From Saccostrea cucullata (Eukaryota): a DNA stretch of 64,000 nucleotides. Below are positions 26,303 to 39,300 of this stretch, piece by piece. Numbering within the stretch: position 1 is the stretch's first letter; every line of letters begins with the position of its first letter. The notes under the pieces were generated by a model that saw only the letters and a list, made by a program, of their open reading frames with translations, had not been told where the DNA came from and made no database searches. The position numbers were made by a program, and so were the translations under genes. Location: the NCBI RefSeq assembly GCF_032062105.1, contig NW_026936797.1, positions 1 through 64,000 of the forward strand, in the 5' to 3' direction.

Positions 26303-28027
26303 TTAATTTTTGGCGGGATATTTGATTTTCTCTGACAGCAAATCAAAAGTGACGCTGTATTTTTTTTCTTCCCGTTACAGGCCTTTGCATGTAGCTCTGT
26401 ATGTCCAAAAATCGGCTCCCCCGACTTTCCGTCCCTCTTTCAACGTCAATTTTCGGAACTTTCCCAAATTTCTCACAACCATCTTCGTCAACATATTTAG
26501 GATTTTCTTTGTTTGAGATGAAAATGCCACTTCAAGGTCACCATCGGCTGATTTCAATGCCCTGAAAATGTGACTTTTTTAAAGAACCCTGCTTTTAATC
26601 GGTCTCCCTTGGTAACGAACTTAAAGAATAATTTTTACACCGGGTTTTGGGAAAATTGGGGCATCCCGCTTTGCCTCTTTATGTTCCCCTTTTGGGTAAA
26701 TTTTGGCCTTTGAATTCCGTAGGTGTTTTGCTACACGTTAGGGTTTATCCGGGTGATGTCCCAAAAAAAACAGCGCCTTTAAAAATAAAAGGGGGGCCCC
26801 GGTTTAAAATAAATCGACATTGACCTTTGATTTCAAACGTTTCACGAACTTGATTTTGAATAAGTGAACATTCCGAAAATCCACCTACTAACAAAATAAT
26901 TTTCAAACCTTTGCCAACTCCTTTCACAAGCACCTTAAGTGATTGACAATTTCGTCTGTAGTTGCCTGAAAAATACTTTTCATAATTGTTGTAGGTATAT
27001 GCAATTTCTTCTGCGCAAATTTGATTCCTTTTCCTTTCCATTTTGATTTTTCTATAATTTTATTTATATCTTTCTCTTTATTAATGTTTGGATTGTTAAA
27101 AACCCAAAAATTCCAATGGAACTTGTAAATGGATATTTTCTGTTCCTTTTTTAAAGTCAAATGATCTTTTCTTTAACCCCAAACCGTTCCAAAATCAAAA
27201 AAGTCTTTTGGCACTGTCTTTTTGAAATTTTGTCATTGCCTGTTTGCCAAATAAATCGTTAGAAAGGCCCAAAAACCTCATCAATGCGTGTTCCCCCCCA
27301 GAGTCCTCCGGAAGCAGGAGTTAGTTCTATTTTGTTCTAGTCTCCTGCATTTGGTGTATAGTTATATCTGCCGTGCCACCTGAAAATAAAACTATATATT
27401 ACTGAAAAAATGGAAAATTTCAAAATGAAGGCTAAACCCAGTTTTTAACATTTTTTTAACTACTACATGTAGATGTAAAAGTGGAATATTCTAGTAAATA
27501 AGGACACCGAGTATACTTTTCCTGAGATGTGTATACATTAGAAAAATACAAAAAAGGATAAATAGACATCTTTTTTCCAGGGGTTGGGAAAACTTTTAAA
27601 TTTTTTTTGGCAACCCCAAAATTTTTTTTTTTAAATTCTGGTGTATCTCACTCATGATTGATTCAAACGTGTACTACAGGTATATTTATTCAGTATACAT
27701 GAACATGAATTTAGTAACATGCATAGCCTTTGAATTCCTGCTCTACACTAAAGGTACAATATTGATATTATCAAAATGTATAAAAATATTTGAAATGGAT
27801 TGAAGATTTCAAAAGTAACACACTCATTCTTACAAATGTAAATAGAGAGAGATATATATTTATTTAGTAATTTACCTCCAAGATCAACAACCATATATTT
27901 TCCCTAGGGGTTTTTCAGTTACACGAAAGCTGGAATCGTTCTGAGGCTCCAGATCATCAGCTGGCAGTAGATAGAAGCGGCCTCAGGTTCCAAAGCAAAA
28001 CTAATTTTTTTTTTACTTTGTTGCCAC
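26303..28027 (-). pseudogene. HSPA12: HSPA12 copy C, exons 3 (~28027-27876) and 4 (27379-~26303) only
   Basis: ALEPEAASIYCQL, YMVVDLG|GTADITIHQ, LLVGGFSECSL, KGAVFFG and VTFDLLSEKI. Exons 1-2 were not found between 28030 and 36356. Confidence 0.82.
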
Positions 28028-28926
28028 CTGGCGCGTAGTGTTTCACAAACACATCTTGTTTAATCATAGAACTTGCAAAATGATGATTTCAAACGAAACT
28101 ATTAATATTCTTTTTTTTTTTCTTCAACTTGCTGGGCAAAAATTTGCAGTGTTTTCAAAATTGATTGTACGCAGAACAGGTTTTTATGGAATGAACTTGG
28201 AGATATCAACCCCATATGCAGTTTATATGGGTATGCTGTATAAATATGGGAAGAAGACAATTGAAAAGTATAAGCCATCGTATTTACCAAAACGTTTTGT
28301 GGTTAGAATATCAAATTATCAATGTCCTTTTTTCGTAAAATAACCAAAAATTAAACAAATTAATTGTGTAAGGATCTGTGATATCTTTCTTTTCAAGTTC
28401 ACAGGGATATATCGAGTTATATAAATTGAAGTTTCTTTTGTAACTGTAAAGGAAGCGCTAAACACCAACAAAAAATGCTTTTTGGACTTGGAGAAAAATA
28501 TAAAAGACTGCTTATTGAGGATATTTGATTCATTTTCAACTTAGGATACCTGCCTAAAGTCTGCAAGAAAAATGATCGAAGGCAATGGACTATGCATGGA
28601 CAGAAACATTATTTACTTAAATCAGGAAAATCGGTGGAAATAAAGAATTCACTTACTTATTCGTGGTCTGTTTAATGACAATATTATTTGTAAAATGAAT
28701 TTTGAACAAGGTTGTTTATATCCGTGTTAAAACAGCTTATTTCTCTGTAGCTTGCCCAAATTGAAATATTAATCGTATTCAGAGCATATTCTTGCTTATA
28801 AAATCAACTTTAAAACAAAACACAAACCATGTGCAAGTGGGTGGTAATACTTCTTGCAAGGGTATTGGACAAGCATGGTCATGCTTTTCTTCTTGGTTTT
28901 CTATTTAAAAGATTCTTCAGACTTAC

Positions 28927-31038
28927 GTGGGACAATCGCCTATGGGAAGAAGCAGGGTTAAACAAACATAGGCTGCTAGGATACCAAGAGACAGAAACCA
29001 CTGTGGGAGGAACAGTAGAATGTCTCTAAAAGGGGACCAACATCTGTCCTGTAACAATTAAAGAAGAATAATTAATTAGTATAACTGTCCTGTAACAATT
29101 AAAAAATAATTTTAAAATTAGTAGTACATGTAAGTCAGGTATAATCATAATGATGTTTCAATATGAAATGTAAGAACAACGCAATATGTAACAAACTGGT
29201 ATCTTTACATTTTGTATTACAATTTGCGTTGAGACCAATATAGAAATTAGTAAAGCAAAAATGTAAAACGATCTCTTAGGTGTTTTTTCCCCATTTTGCG
29301 GAATTACGTGTCAAGGTTGGTGCAAAATGTAGAAATCTGAGCTTAGTACATTTTGCGTTGTTATAACATTTCAAGTTGTTATTGCATTTCGCATTGAAAG
29401 ATAGTATATCATCTTTCATAAAGGAATATTACTCGAACATACCAAATTACAAGAAAATAAGGAAATCAATTAACAAATGTCGGATGTTGTGTAAGCCAAC
29501 TGTTCTTCTGACGACTAATATATATTTCAGATTAAAAACTTCAACTACGTCAATCATAAATGAAATGAAATAAGGAAAAAAATATGCAGGAAATTTGGGG
29601 AAAAAAATATATTTCAGTTTTTTTTTTTTAATTGACTTTCATGTCCTTATTTTAATTTAAAATTTCGGAGAATTTTTTTTTATCAGAAAATTATTCACAT
29701 TTGATACTCTTAGCGGAAATCTCATTTAAAAACGTGTTTTTGCACGTCAAACAAGCGCGTGAATCGGATCCGTTTGTTTTTATAGAGTAATATGGAGTAA
29801 GCGTAGCATGGGTTTAAAATGCACTTCTTGTCCTTAAGCTTGCAATTGGTTACTTTACTTCTTCAAAATGAAGAAGGGGGCTAAAAAGGGGGAAAATATT
29901 ATAGTTGGTCTCATCTTTTGGTGCTGTGTGTCTTTTGGTTTACAAAATATTTAACCTTGCCCATAATTTTTTGAGCGCAAAACACTTTCACTTAAAAATG
30001 CCTTGAGCGTTTGACGAAGGAACAATTTAATTGTTATCTTATATATACCTTTAGAACCAGTCACGGTAGCCTAGTGGTAGGGCGTTTGCTTCGTGATCGG
30101 GAGGCCAGGGTTCAATTCTGGTTCGCCCCCCCCCCCCTCTTACGAGTCATTAAAACACGGTCGTCAACATTCATTATTATACATGTACTAGATATTCAGC
30201 TTTGGAAGAAAATTTTTGGTACTGGAGTTCGAACCTAGCCCCCCACCCCCCCCCCCCCACCCCCCACGAAATAGGATTTTCGTGTTTGGACAGTGGAATT
30301 TTTTTTGCTTTAAATTTACAATTTTTTTGTTGGTCTAGCCCCCCCCCCCCCCCCCCCACTTTCAATTTGCTTCCGACGCCAATGCTCACTGCTCAATTCC
30401 TCTGAGTGCCGAGTATAGGACTAAATTTGAAGGCCTTCACGAACCGTATATAATTGTTAAGTTTTAATTGAAATCATTATGCTTTGTAGATAAGAATGGT
30501 TTCAAAAATCATTTTTTTTTAAATTATTATGGTAATTTTGTACGTGACGTAAGTATTCCCATTTGATCAGAATAACTTGTAATCTGATCAATTTTGGATT
30601 TTTTTAGGGAGTGGTACTGATAGATCTTATCAGCCCCAGGAAAAAGAATGGGAACTTGTTTTCTAAATCATATCTGGTACTTATACATGTTTAGTATTTA
30701 TTCGGAATAGCGTTTACCTACAGAAGCAAATCTAAATCAATCAGCAACAGAACAAGAAAGATAACTGGCGATGTTATCATACCTTGTACATGTATTTATC
30801 TATCATTTACCCACAGAAGCAAGTCTAAATCAACAAGATAACTTGTGATGTGATCACACCAGATATTTATACCGAATTCAGCAACAGAACAAGAAAGATA
30901 ACTCGAGATGTGATCATACCTGGTATTTATCTGGTGTATCGTACCGACAGAAGCAGATCTCAATGAGCCCCAGAACAAGGTACGTGAGACTAAACCTCTG
31001 TAGTACACCGGGAATACGTATATTCTTCAAGTCCACGG
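28927..31038 (-). pseudogene. HGSNAT: Two consecutive internal exons of heparan-alpha-glucosaminide N-acetyltransferase (31038-30920, 29048-28927)
   Basis: AVDLKNIRIPGVLQRFSLTYLVLGLIE...DKYQ spliced in phase 0 to DRCWSPFRDILLFLPQWFLSLGILAAYVCLTLLLPIGDCPT, with canonical AG/GT sites. RIPGVLQR and LxxLLPxxxCPT are HGSNAT signatures. No flanking exons were found. Confidence 0.85.
30056..30442 (+). mobile_element. tRNA-derived SINE interrupted by a MITE fragment (30126-30384)
   Basis: A-box-like ggtagcctagtggtag and B-box-like ggttcaattc head. After the insert, the body ctgagtgccgagtataggactaaatttgaa resembles 53766-53800. Confidence 0.6.
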
Positions 31039-31236
31039 CTGAAATAAAAACAGCATACCAGGGTAAAATGAAGGGAAACTTACACATTTTGTTATATGTG
31101 TATATGCAAAGTTGACATTCCTGCGTAAACAGTATATTTGCAAATTCAGTCTCGCCCCAAAAAAGCAGACAAAAGCAAAAATCAGACCATTCCTTATTTG
31201 GATTATAACCACACAAGGCTGAATAAAAACGGAACT

Positions 31237-34180
31237 TATGGAACGCCATCACTGCCTTATAGCATAAAACTATGCATTCATTATGTCAATCTATCATTAC
31301 GTGATGTGAACATATCTTTACGTTATGTCAATTTCTTATGGGGTGATGTAAAAATATCTTTACATCATGTCAATGCTACATTACATGAAGTAAACACATT
31401 CTTCCATTATGTCAGCACTTTATAACTTGAAGTCGGAAGTTCATTATATGAAGTGAAAATATGTTCACATTGTGTTAAAACTTCATTAGGTGAAATGAAT
31501 GTTTCTTTATATTATTTCATTTCTTTAATATGTGATGTCAAAATTGCATTACGTCAAGTAAATTGTGTTTTATAATTAAACTTATCATTACATGAAGTCA
31601 AAAGTCCATTCCTTTTTGAGAATGTATATGTCTATTATATCAAAGCATTATTACGTGATATGGATTTATCTTTATTTTACGGCGAGAGCATCATGATGTG
31701 AGGTGAACACATCTTACCTTTATGTCAGTGCTTTACGTGGTGTTAAAAGTGTATAACATAATGTGAAAATATCTTAATATTATATCAACACTTTATTACA
31801 TTATGTCAAAACTCCATTCCGTGATGTGGATATATAATTACGTTATGTCAACTCTTTCTTATGTGATTTAAAAAATATCTTTATCATTGGCGTCGGAAGC
31901 AAATTGAAAGTGGGGGGGCTAAGTGTAAGAAAATTTTTTTGTACCTCCAAAAAAACCTGACAAGCAAAAAAAAAAAAGGAAATATCTATTTCCCAAACAC
32001 GAAAATCCTACGAACTCCAGTACCAAAAATTTTCTTCCAAAGCTGAATATCTAGTACATGTATAATAATGAATGTTGACGACCGTGTTTTAATGACTCGT
32101 AAGAGGGGGGGGGGGGGTCCCGATTAAGTAGGACGAATTACAGACACATAATATCAGCCCCCTCTTTTCCCAGACATTACCTTATTAGAAAATGTAATGT
32201 TCATTGAAAGTACAGCCCCCAACCCCAATTGTTGTTGAAGTATTGTCCACTATAGGTAATGTAGTATAACTGAAAAAATATAGGACTGATCGAAGTCGGA
32301 CCTCCTCTCCGAAATAGGATTTTCGGGCTTGGACAATTTTTTGGGCTTGTCGAGTTTTTTTTGGGGGTAAATAATTTTTTTTCATTCTGGCTGACATCCT
32401 CTTTCAAATAAATGCTATGTCACGGAATTAGTTACAGTAATTTTTTCAACCATTCCAAGACCAGAATTCTGTTACAAAAATCTACCAGTCCCTCTTCTAA
32501 ATCAATTGAATATGCTTTAATAAGCATGCATGGGCACATATTTGTGGCACATATGGGAAGCTTGAAAAAAGAAGGGGGACGGTATAGAGTTGGTGACCAA
32601 AGGGGGAAAGCGGAAAAACTCCCCGGCAAGCTTTATAGTTTTATAGAAAAAAGTTTCAATTTAATTCAGCTAAACTTAATGTGAAAGTAATGCAATGTCC
32701 TACATTGTAAAACTAATAAATTTATTACTTTTATGTATATTTTGGTGACTAAAGATGGTAGGGCGGGATTTCTGCCCCCTCCCCAACCCGCCAGTGCACG
32801 TGTGTTATACGATATATCTGTTTACACTTTAAAAAAGGAGAGTTAAAGACTGATAAAAAATACAGTGTTCTGAGTAAGATCAGAAGTTTAAGATTTTTAT
32901 TTAAAAAAAAAAGCAATTCAGAAAAAAAAATGCTGCACGACTCATATTTGATTTATTTAATTATCAGATAAAAGTAAACGCCATTGAATTTCGGCGCGTG
33001 ACTTTAATTCACAGTCGCAGTGTTAAGGCTTTGCATGTTTCAAGATTGTCAATCATTTTTCGCTTAAAGTTTTCATTTAAAGATGCAATTCCCAAATCGC
33101 TGAGAATTTAATTTATGACAGTTTTCTCTTCCGCCATTTTTTAGTGCTTTCGGAAAGCGGAAAATACGTTATGCTCATATAAAGGCCGAGGATACCCGTG
33201 TTCGCATAACGTAATAGTGAATCGATATAATGTAGAAGAGTGCGCACAGTATGACATGAGCTTTTCACATCAGATATGAGATGAAATAGCCTAAGATACA
33301 TGTATGCTGACAAGAGGCTGAGCATTTTTGACACAATGTAAAGACACAATGACATAACGTAATAACGATTTGTCAAAAAGTAAGGGCAAATTCACATCAT
33401 GAAATTGATTCACGTCGTCATGTAGCATATTGAAGGCATAATGTAGTAAAAGAATTGACCACATGTGACAATTTTTTCAGATAATGTAATGAAATTCTGA
33501 CAACGTATTATAGCGAATTGATATTGAGTTAAAGATACATTCACATCATGTAATGAACTACTTAGACCAAATAGTAGAGAGTGCACATAATGTAATAATG
33601 AGTTGAAAATATATAAAAACATTTTTACACCACGTAAAATTGTTTTGACTTAATGGCATAAAGAGCTGATATAATGCAATGGAAGATTGGCACAATGTAA
33701 TTAAAGTACGAGTTAATGCCATAAAGACTAAACATAATGCAATTGAAAGTTGACATAACGCAATGGTAGTGTGTGTAATTGTCATAAGGAGTTGACATAA
33801 TGTAATGAAAGGTTGACACAATGCAATAGTAGTGTGGACTAATGTCATAAAGAGTTGACATGATATAATGGAAGGTTGACATAATGCAATAGTATTGTGG
33901 GTTAATGTCATAAAAAGTTGACATAATATAATGGAAGGTTGACATAATGCAATAGTATTGTGGGTTAATGTCATAAAGAGTTGACATAATATAATGGAAG
34001 GTTGACACAATACAATAGTAGTGTGAGTAAATTTCATAAAGAGTTGACATAATGTAATGTAAGGTTGACATAATGCAATAAAAGTGTGAGTAAATGTCAT
34101 AAAGTGTTGACATAATGTAATGGAAGGATGACGCAATGCAATCGTTGTGTTCTGCTATAAGGCAGTGACGGCGTTCCATA
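31237..34180. mobile_element. Foldback-type non-autonomous DNA transposon: 28-bp TIRs, 3-bp TSD, inverted subterminal 21/63-bp arrays
   Basis: tatggaacgccatcactgccttatagca (31237) versus tgctataaggcagtgacggcgttccata (ends 34180), 1 mismatch; ACT on both flanks. Left array cattatgtcaa (31275-31880) and right array ttgacataatg (33200-34135) are in opposite orientation. Confidence 0.85.
31886..32118 (+). mobile_element. MITE arm nested in the foldback element; inverted twin of 30126-30384
   Basis: cattggcgtcggaagcaaattgaaagtggggggg end, plus ~100 bp identical to the reverse complement of 30126-30231. Confidence 0.75.
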
Positions 34181-35559
34181 ACTTACACTGAAAGGGTTTT
34201 AAAAACACAACGTAGTGAATACTATACTCTATGAAAATGATGTTTGCTGTTACGAGAAATACGCTTTGAAATTATTGCATTAATTTCGTGTTTCTGCTAA
34301 CGATTTTCGCATCCACATTCAGAATAATTCAAGATGAATAAAATAAATGTATTTAAGCTTGGATCGTACACTAGTGCTGTACATGTTAAAACCATGAACA
34401 TAGATACAGCTCTGATTTAATTTTATACTGTACTATACAGTGTATGTGACACGAATGCAGCTCGACGCCATTTCGTCTTCCTTTGTTACATGAACACATG
34501 AGATTAAATTATTCATTTAAAAGAAAATTCATAATTTTGATTTAATTTGTAACATGGATGAATAATTTTACTTACATAAATTTATAGACACACAGTTAAT
34601 TCAAATGAAAACCATTCAATTTTTTTTTACCGATATCTAATCTCAATATCATGCATGCCATTCGAAGTCCAATATCTGGTAGAATAAAAACGATTATTTT
34701 ATATACATACTCGTAAAACAAAGTTATAAATTGTTATCAAAATTTATTATCAAATTTTTATGAGAAACAAACGATTTTGTCTGTAATACTATTTACACGG
34801 TGCAGCTTGGGGGGGAATTTTCCGGACACGGTGCGACACGGAGGACATTAACTGAGATTTTTCTAGACACGGTGCGGCACGGTGTGCCTACCTGTATATT
34901 TCAAATCCACACACACCGTGCTACACCGTGTACACGGTGTAACACAGAGCGTTTCACACGGTGTTTTTTCCACCGAGCGTTGCGGAAAACTCGTGGCCTG
35001 TACTGTACTACTTAAGAAAAATGCTCATAAACTTTAATTACTATTTTAAAACAATTTAATCAACCATTGCGATTGTTTAATTTTCTAATTAGAATGCCTT
35101 TGAGAGCTGAACAGAAAATTATATAATTTGAATAAAAAAGGAGTACGTGAAATAAATGACATATTGGCTTTTATTTATATATTGTGCAAATCAATTAGCC
35201 CCTGAAGTTCCTAATCTTGATCTGAAAGTGTTCACCATCTTGATCTTAGCCAAGATCGAATTAAGGTAGCTTTTTAAGTCCGAGTTTTAAAGTTGACCAC
35301 TTTATCATGAATTTTGCAATATCATAGGAACCTCTATTTATAGCACCTTTCAATCCGCTACTTCGTTGGAATAGTCCAATGGTTAAGACACATATTAAAA
35401 TAAATCTTAGAATTTAAATATTAAGCGAAGGACATGGAATTATTTTCTCGACTCTAAATCGGTTGTATGATCAAATAATAAACTGTCTGTTATTGAAAAA
35501 CAATTACATGAAATCATTTTTACCACTAAGCAATTAAACGGGCTAAGATAATAGATTAA

Positions 35560-35870
35560 ACTAGATTTACTGTGAGCACTGAGCTCAAGAAATGATACTC
35601 TCCACCTCCAATATGATTATGACGATAAAGTCCATGTGTTGCTATGGGAGACTCGAAATAAGTCTCAAATTAAAAAGTAAAATAAGAGGTGTATAATGGA
35701 ATTATGTAATAAAGAATCTGTGAAGGTCTCATTAAATTTCATTCAATGGTATAAGAAGAGTTGCAGATAAGAGATGGGTACCCCCAAAGCGTTGCAGACG
35801 GACGGACACACAGATGGACATCCCATAGACATTATACCCTTCCACTTTTCAAGCTGGGAGGTACAACTAG
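35560..35870 (-). mobile_element. HINE/Helentron-like non-autonomous element
   Basis: aactagatt... start, gacggacggacacacagatggac microsatellite, and terminal tatacccttcc...gggaggtacaa hairpin. Confidence 0.55.
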
Positions 35871-36355
35871 AGTCAGTCACAATAATGATAAACGTAATAT
35901 ATTTTTCCATATATTCAAATAAACATGATATGTAATACAAATGAAAGGAAATACTAGTATTCCAGAAAGCATATAAATTGTTATAAAATACAATTATCAT
36001 TTTCCTGAGCATGAATACAATAGAAAGACATAGAAAAAATTAACATGTTCAATTACATACACTATTTTTTCTTCGTTGTTTACATATTTTGAGCAATTAA
36101 TACACAGTGGTTATGGTGATCTGGCATTTGAAAAATGCAGCAAAGTCAAACATTGATCTAATTTACAGATAATGAAAAAAGTGATAACATAATCCTTACT
36201 GAACTTTATGATAAAAATAAAAATTATCAATCTACATACATGTATCTCGTATGAATGCATGGTTAATAGTAAAAGGTTTGAATCTTTCCCTCTAGTTTCT
36301 AAATGTTACAATTTCTTTTCAACGTCAAAGATTGTTTACAGATTTTTCTTCTGTA

Positions 36356-39300
36356 TTACCTTTTACTGCTTGGGATTTTAATTTTTGGTGAGAGAAGATC
36401 AAAAACGATTTCGTGTTCTTTGCCTGTAGCAAAGTTGCAAGCTGTGACTCTTATTTCTGTCTCCCCAAAAATGATGGATTCCTCAATCTCCATATTAGTC
36501 CTAAGTTCTGAATTCGTCAATGGAACTTCAAGAGTCCCTAGCCTATAACAGTCTTCCTCGTCAACGTACTCTGGATTCTTTTTGTTGGAAATGAAGACCC
36601 CACACTCGAGTATTTTTTCGCCTTGTTTGAGAGTTTTGAAAATGTAAGATTTCTTCAGACCAGGCTCTATGGGATCACCCTTGGTAATGAATTTCAAAAA
36701 TACATCTCGACATCTGTCTTCGCCATTTATCTTATGCTTTTTATGTAGAGAATGTCTTGTTTTGTCAAATTTTGGCCACGTTTGAATTCCATACGTATAT
36801 CTCGCTACTCGACGTGAAATCAAATCTTTGTGGTGACCGAAAAAGACTGCCCCCTTCAAAACAGCGAGACCTGCTTGATAGGGGATCACCAAACGCTTAT
36901 TTCCAAAATGTTTTGCTAGTTTTTCTTGAACCAGCTCGCACTCAGAAAATCCACCAACCATTAAAATGACATCTACACCCGGACCCACTTCCTCTCTGAA
37001 CATTTTAGACAAATGATCAACGAGTTTCTCGATCGTTGGTGTAAAAAATTTCTGGTAACTCTCAATCGGCAACTCGAGTTTTCCCTGCAAACTTGTAATG
37101 TCTTCATTTTTATGTGTTGATTCCTTTATAAGCGCTTTCATTATTGCATCATGCATTCCTTTCTTGTTTGTTTGCTCTTTAAATATTTCAGTCAAAGCTA
37201 TAGGTATTAAAAGATGTACCAAATGTGAAATCTTTGAAATAACTTGTTCTCTCTTTTTGATTTCAAAATTTTGCCAAAATTCTATATAGTCTAAGACATA
37301 CTCCAAATCGTATTTAAAGGTCTTCATAACAGTTTTTCCAAAAATGTCCTCAAGAAAGTTTTTGTAGGCCTCATCAACACAAGTTCCGCCCCAGTCTCCA
37401 CCACTTGCCGGTACCACCTCTGCCAGAGTTCCGTTTTCTTGAAGCTGATGTACAGTTATGTCAGCGGTGCCACCTAAATTTTAAAGCATTTTTATTATGA
37501 CAAAACCATTACATACAGGTAATATTTGGAAAGGTACGTAAGTTGGATATTCAAGATAAAGTGGTTAAAAAATGATATTTCGGTAAACTTTAAATAAAAA
37601 ATACCACAGAATAGGAAAAGAAGTAAATGGTTACGTGACAACAAATTGTTATGATAAACGTAATGACTACAACTTAATTTTCAATCGACAATTTTATATC
37701 TATATAGCATATACTATTATCACTTGCATATCAGGGATGATATCTCTCTCAATTTATTCAATACGGAAGAATATGCTCGATGTACAAATGATTTCTAAAA
37801 TGAAGTAGGTTATTGACAAAAAGTTGATGAAACAAGAATCTCAAAAGCCTCGTTTAAAGTCATTTTTTCGTAAACATTGAAGATTTTTCATACTAATTGA
37901 TGGGTAATTATCAGGCACGTAGCATACCCCTCATGTTTAAGGTTAATGCAGCAAAATTGGTACTGAAAGAGGTAAGAACCTAACAGCCCTCATCCCCATC
38001 CCCACCCCCCGAAATAGGATTTTCGAGTTTGGGGAAACTTTCCCTTTTTCTGTTATACTGATTATTTACACACTGAATTGTCGACGAGTTTTTTTTCCCT
38101 TACTCCGTATTTCCATACATATCATAAGGATCCAACACGACAGGTGTGACCGTCGACAAAGGCTTACTCCTCCATTTCGTCTTATCCCATTTCTGATGTT
38201 TAAGAGTCCGCTTGCTTTGCTCCTGATTTGTATTTTTGCTGGGATTTTTAAGCTTAAATACTGTACATTATCTCAATACGCAGTATTTCTTTCAGGGAAT
38301 TCAAAAAAAGTAATGACAGAAGCCTGACTGACCAGTTCTTGATTAAAGCTGAGAGTATCATGCTATTTTTGGAGGAAGATGTTGTAAAACCTTAAGGTTA
38401 AAAATTCACGTTATGTGATTTATTGTAAATCGCAAAAATAAAAAAGTATTTAATGGTTGTATAAGGGCCAATCGGTTAGCTACCTTATCGGGCGACAAGC
38501 TCCTTGCTTAACTTTATCATTACTTTACAGTTTTTTAGTATCTATACTATAATAAAATCAGATACAACAAAGAAGTGGATAATTTACAGAAGAACAACGA
38601 ATTATTATGTACATAAAAATTTATGAAATAAAAGATAAAAATAACAATATTCTAGATTACAAGATCACTTTTTCGCCTCATACTACATATTACCAGGTAT
38701 ATTACATATAATAAATATCTTTGCCGAGGGAAAACTTATTCTTTACTTCTTAATATCGAACAGCTGTAGTATTTTATACATGGATGGATTAAAAAAAACA
38801 ATTTCTTAATTTGTAAAAACAATCTTCATATAGAGGATATACTAATAACAAATAGTATTCATCCTCAACACATACGTACAACCATGAAAAACATTTAATG
38901 TACGCTATGATTGTCCTATTATATCCCCGTTTTTTTTTTTAATAATAAAGTTGTAAGGATAATTTTAATCTGCATATACATTAATTTTTGAAACAATGGA
39001 ATTTTTTTTTCTTAAATGATTCTTTTATTACCTCCAAGATCCACAACCATGTATTTTAAGCCCATCTCCGTGTCCAGTTGCCTTTTCCCTTTTGCTTCTC
39101 AACAGCGTCAAAATGCATGAGGTGACAATAAATAGATGCTGCCTCTGGTTCTAATGCAATCTGCAATTGTTTGTCTGGTAATCCAGCCTGCAAACCATTG
39201 AAAAGCATTCATTATTTGTATTCTATTCATTTTTATGAAAGAAATGTACATGTCTCGAATGTGTCCATTTAAGGAAAACAATACTGCATGCAATGTAGCC

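Noticed and set aside
27876-29048. In-frame HGSNAT-HSPA12 fusion gene
   Set aside because: The HGSNAT exon ends in phase 2 whereas HSPA12 exon 3 starts in phase 0 and exon 4 in phase 1, so direct splicing breaks the frame.
30056-30126. tRNA gene (also 61703-61740 and 62135-62215)
   Set aside because: Only A/B-box remnants without a consistent cloverleaf; these are SINE-type heads.
33780-34130. Regular repeats resembling a CRISPR array
   Set aside because: The units are contiguous with no unique spacers, there are no cas genes, and the context is eukaryotic.
33558-34179. Long ORFs of 192 and 184 aa with LCQ / HYIMST repeats
   Set aside because: They are translations of the 21/63-bp array of the foldback element. 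They are open in two frames at once, as expected when the period is a multiple of 3.
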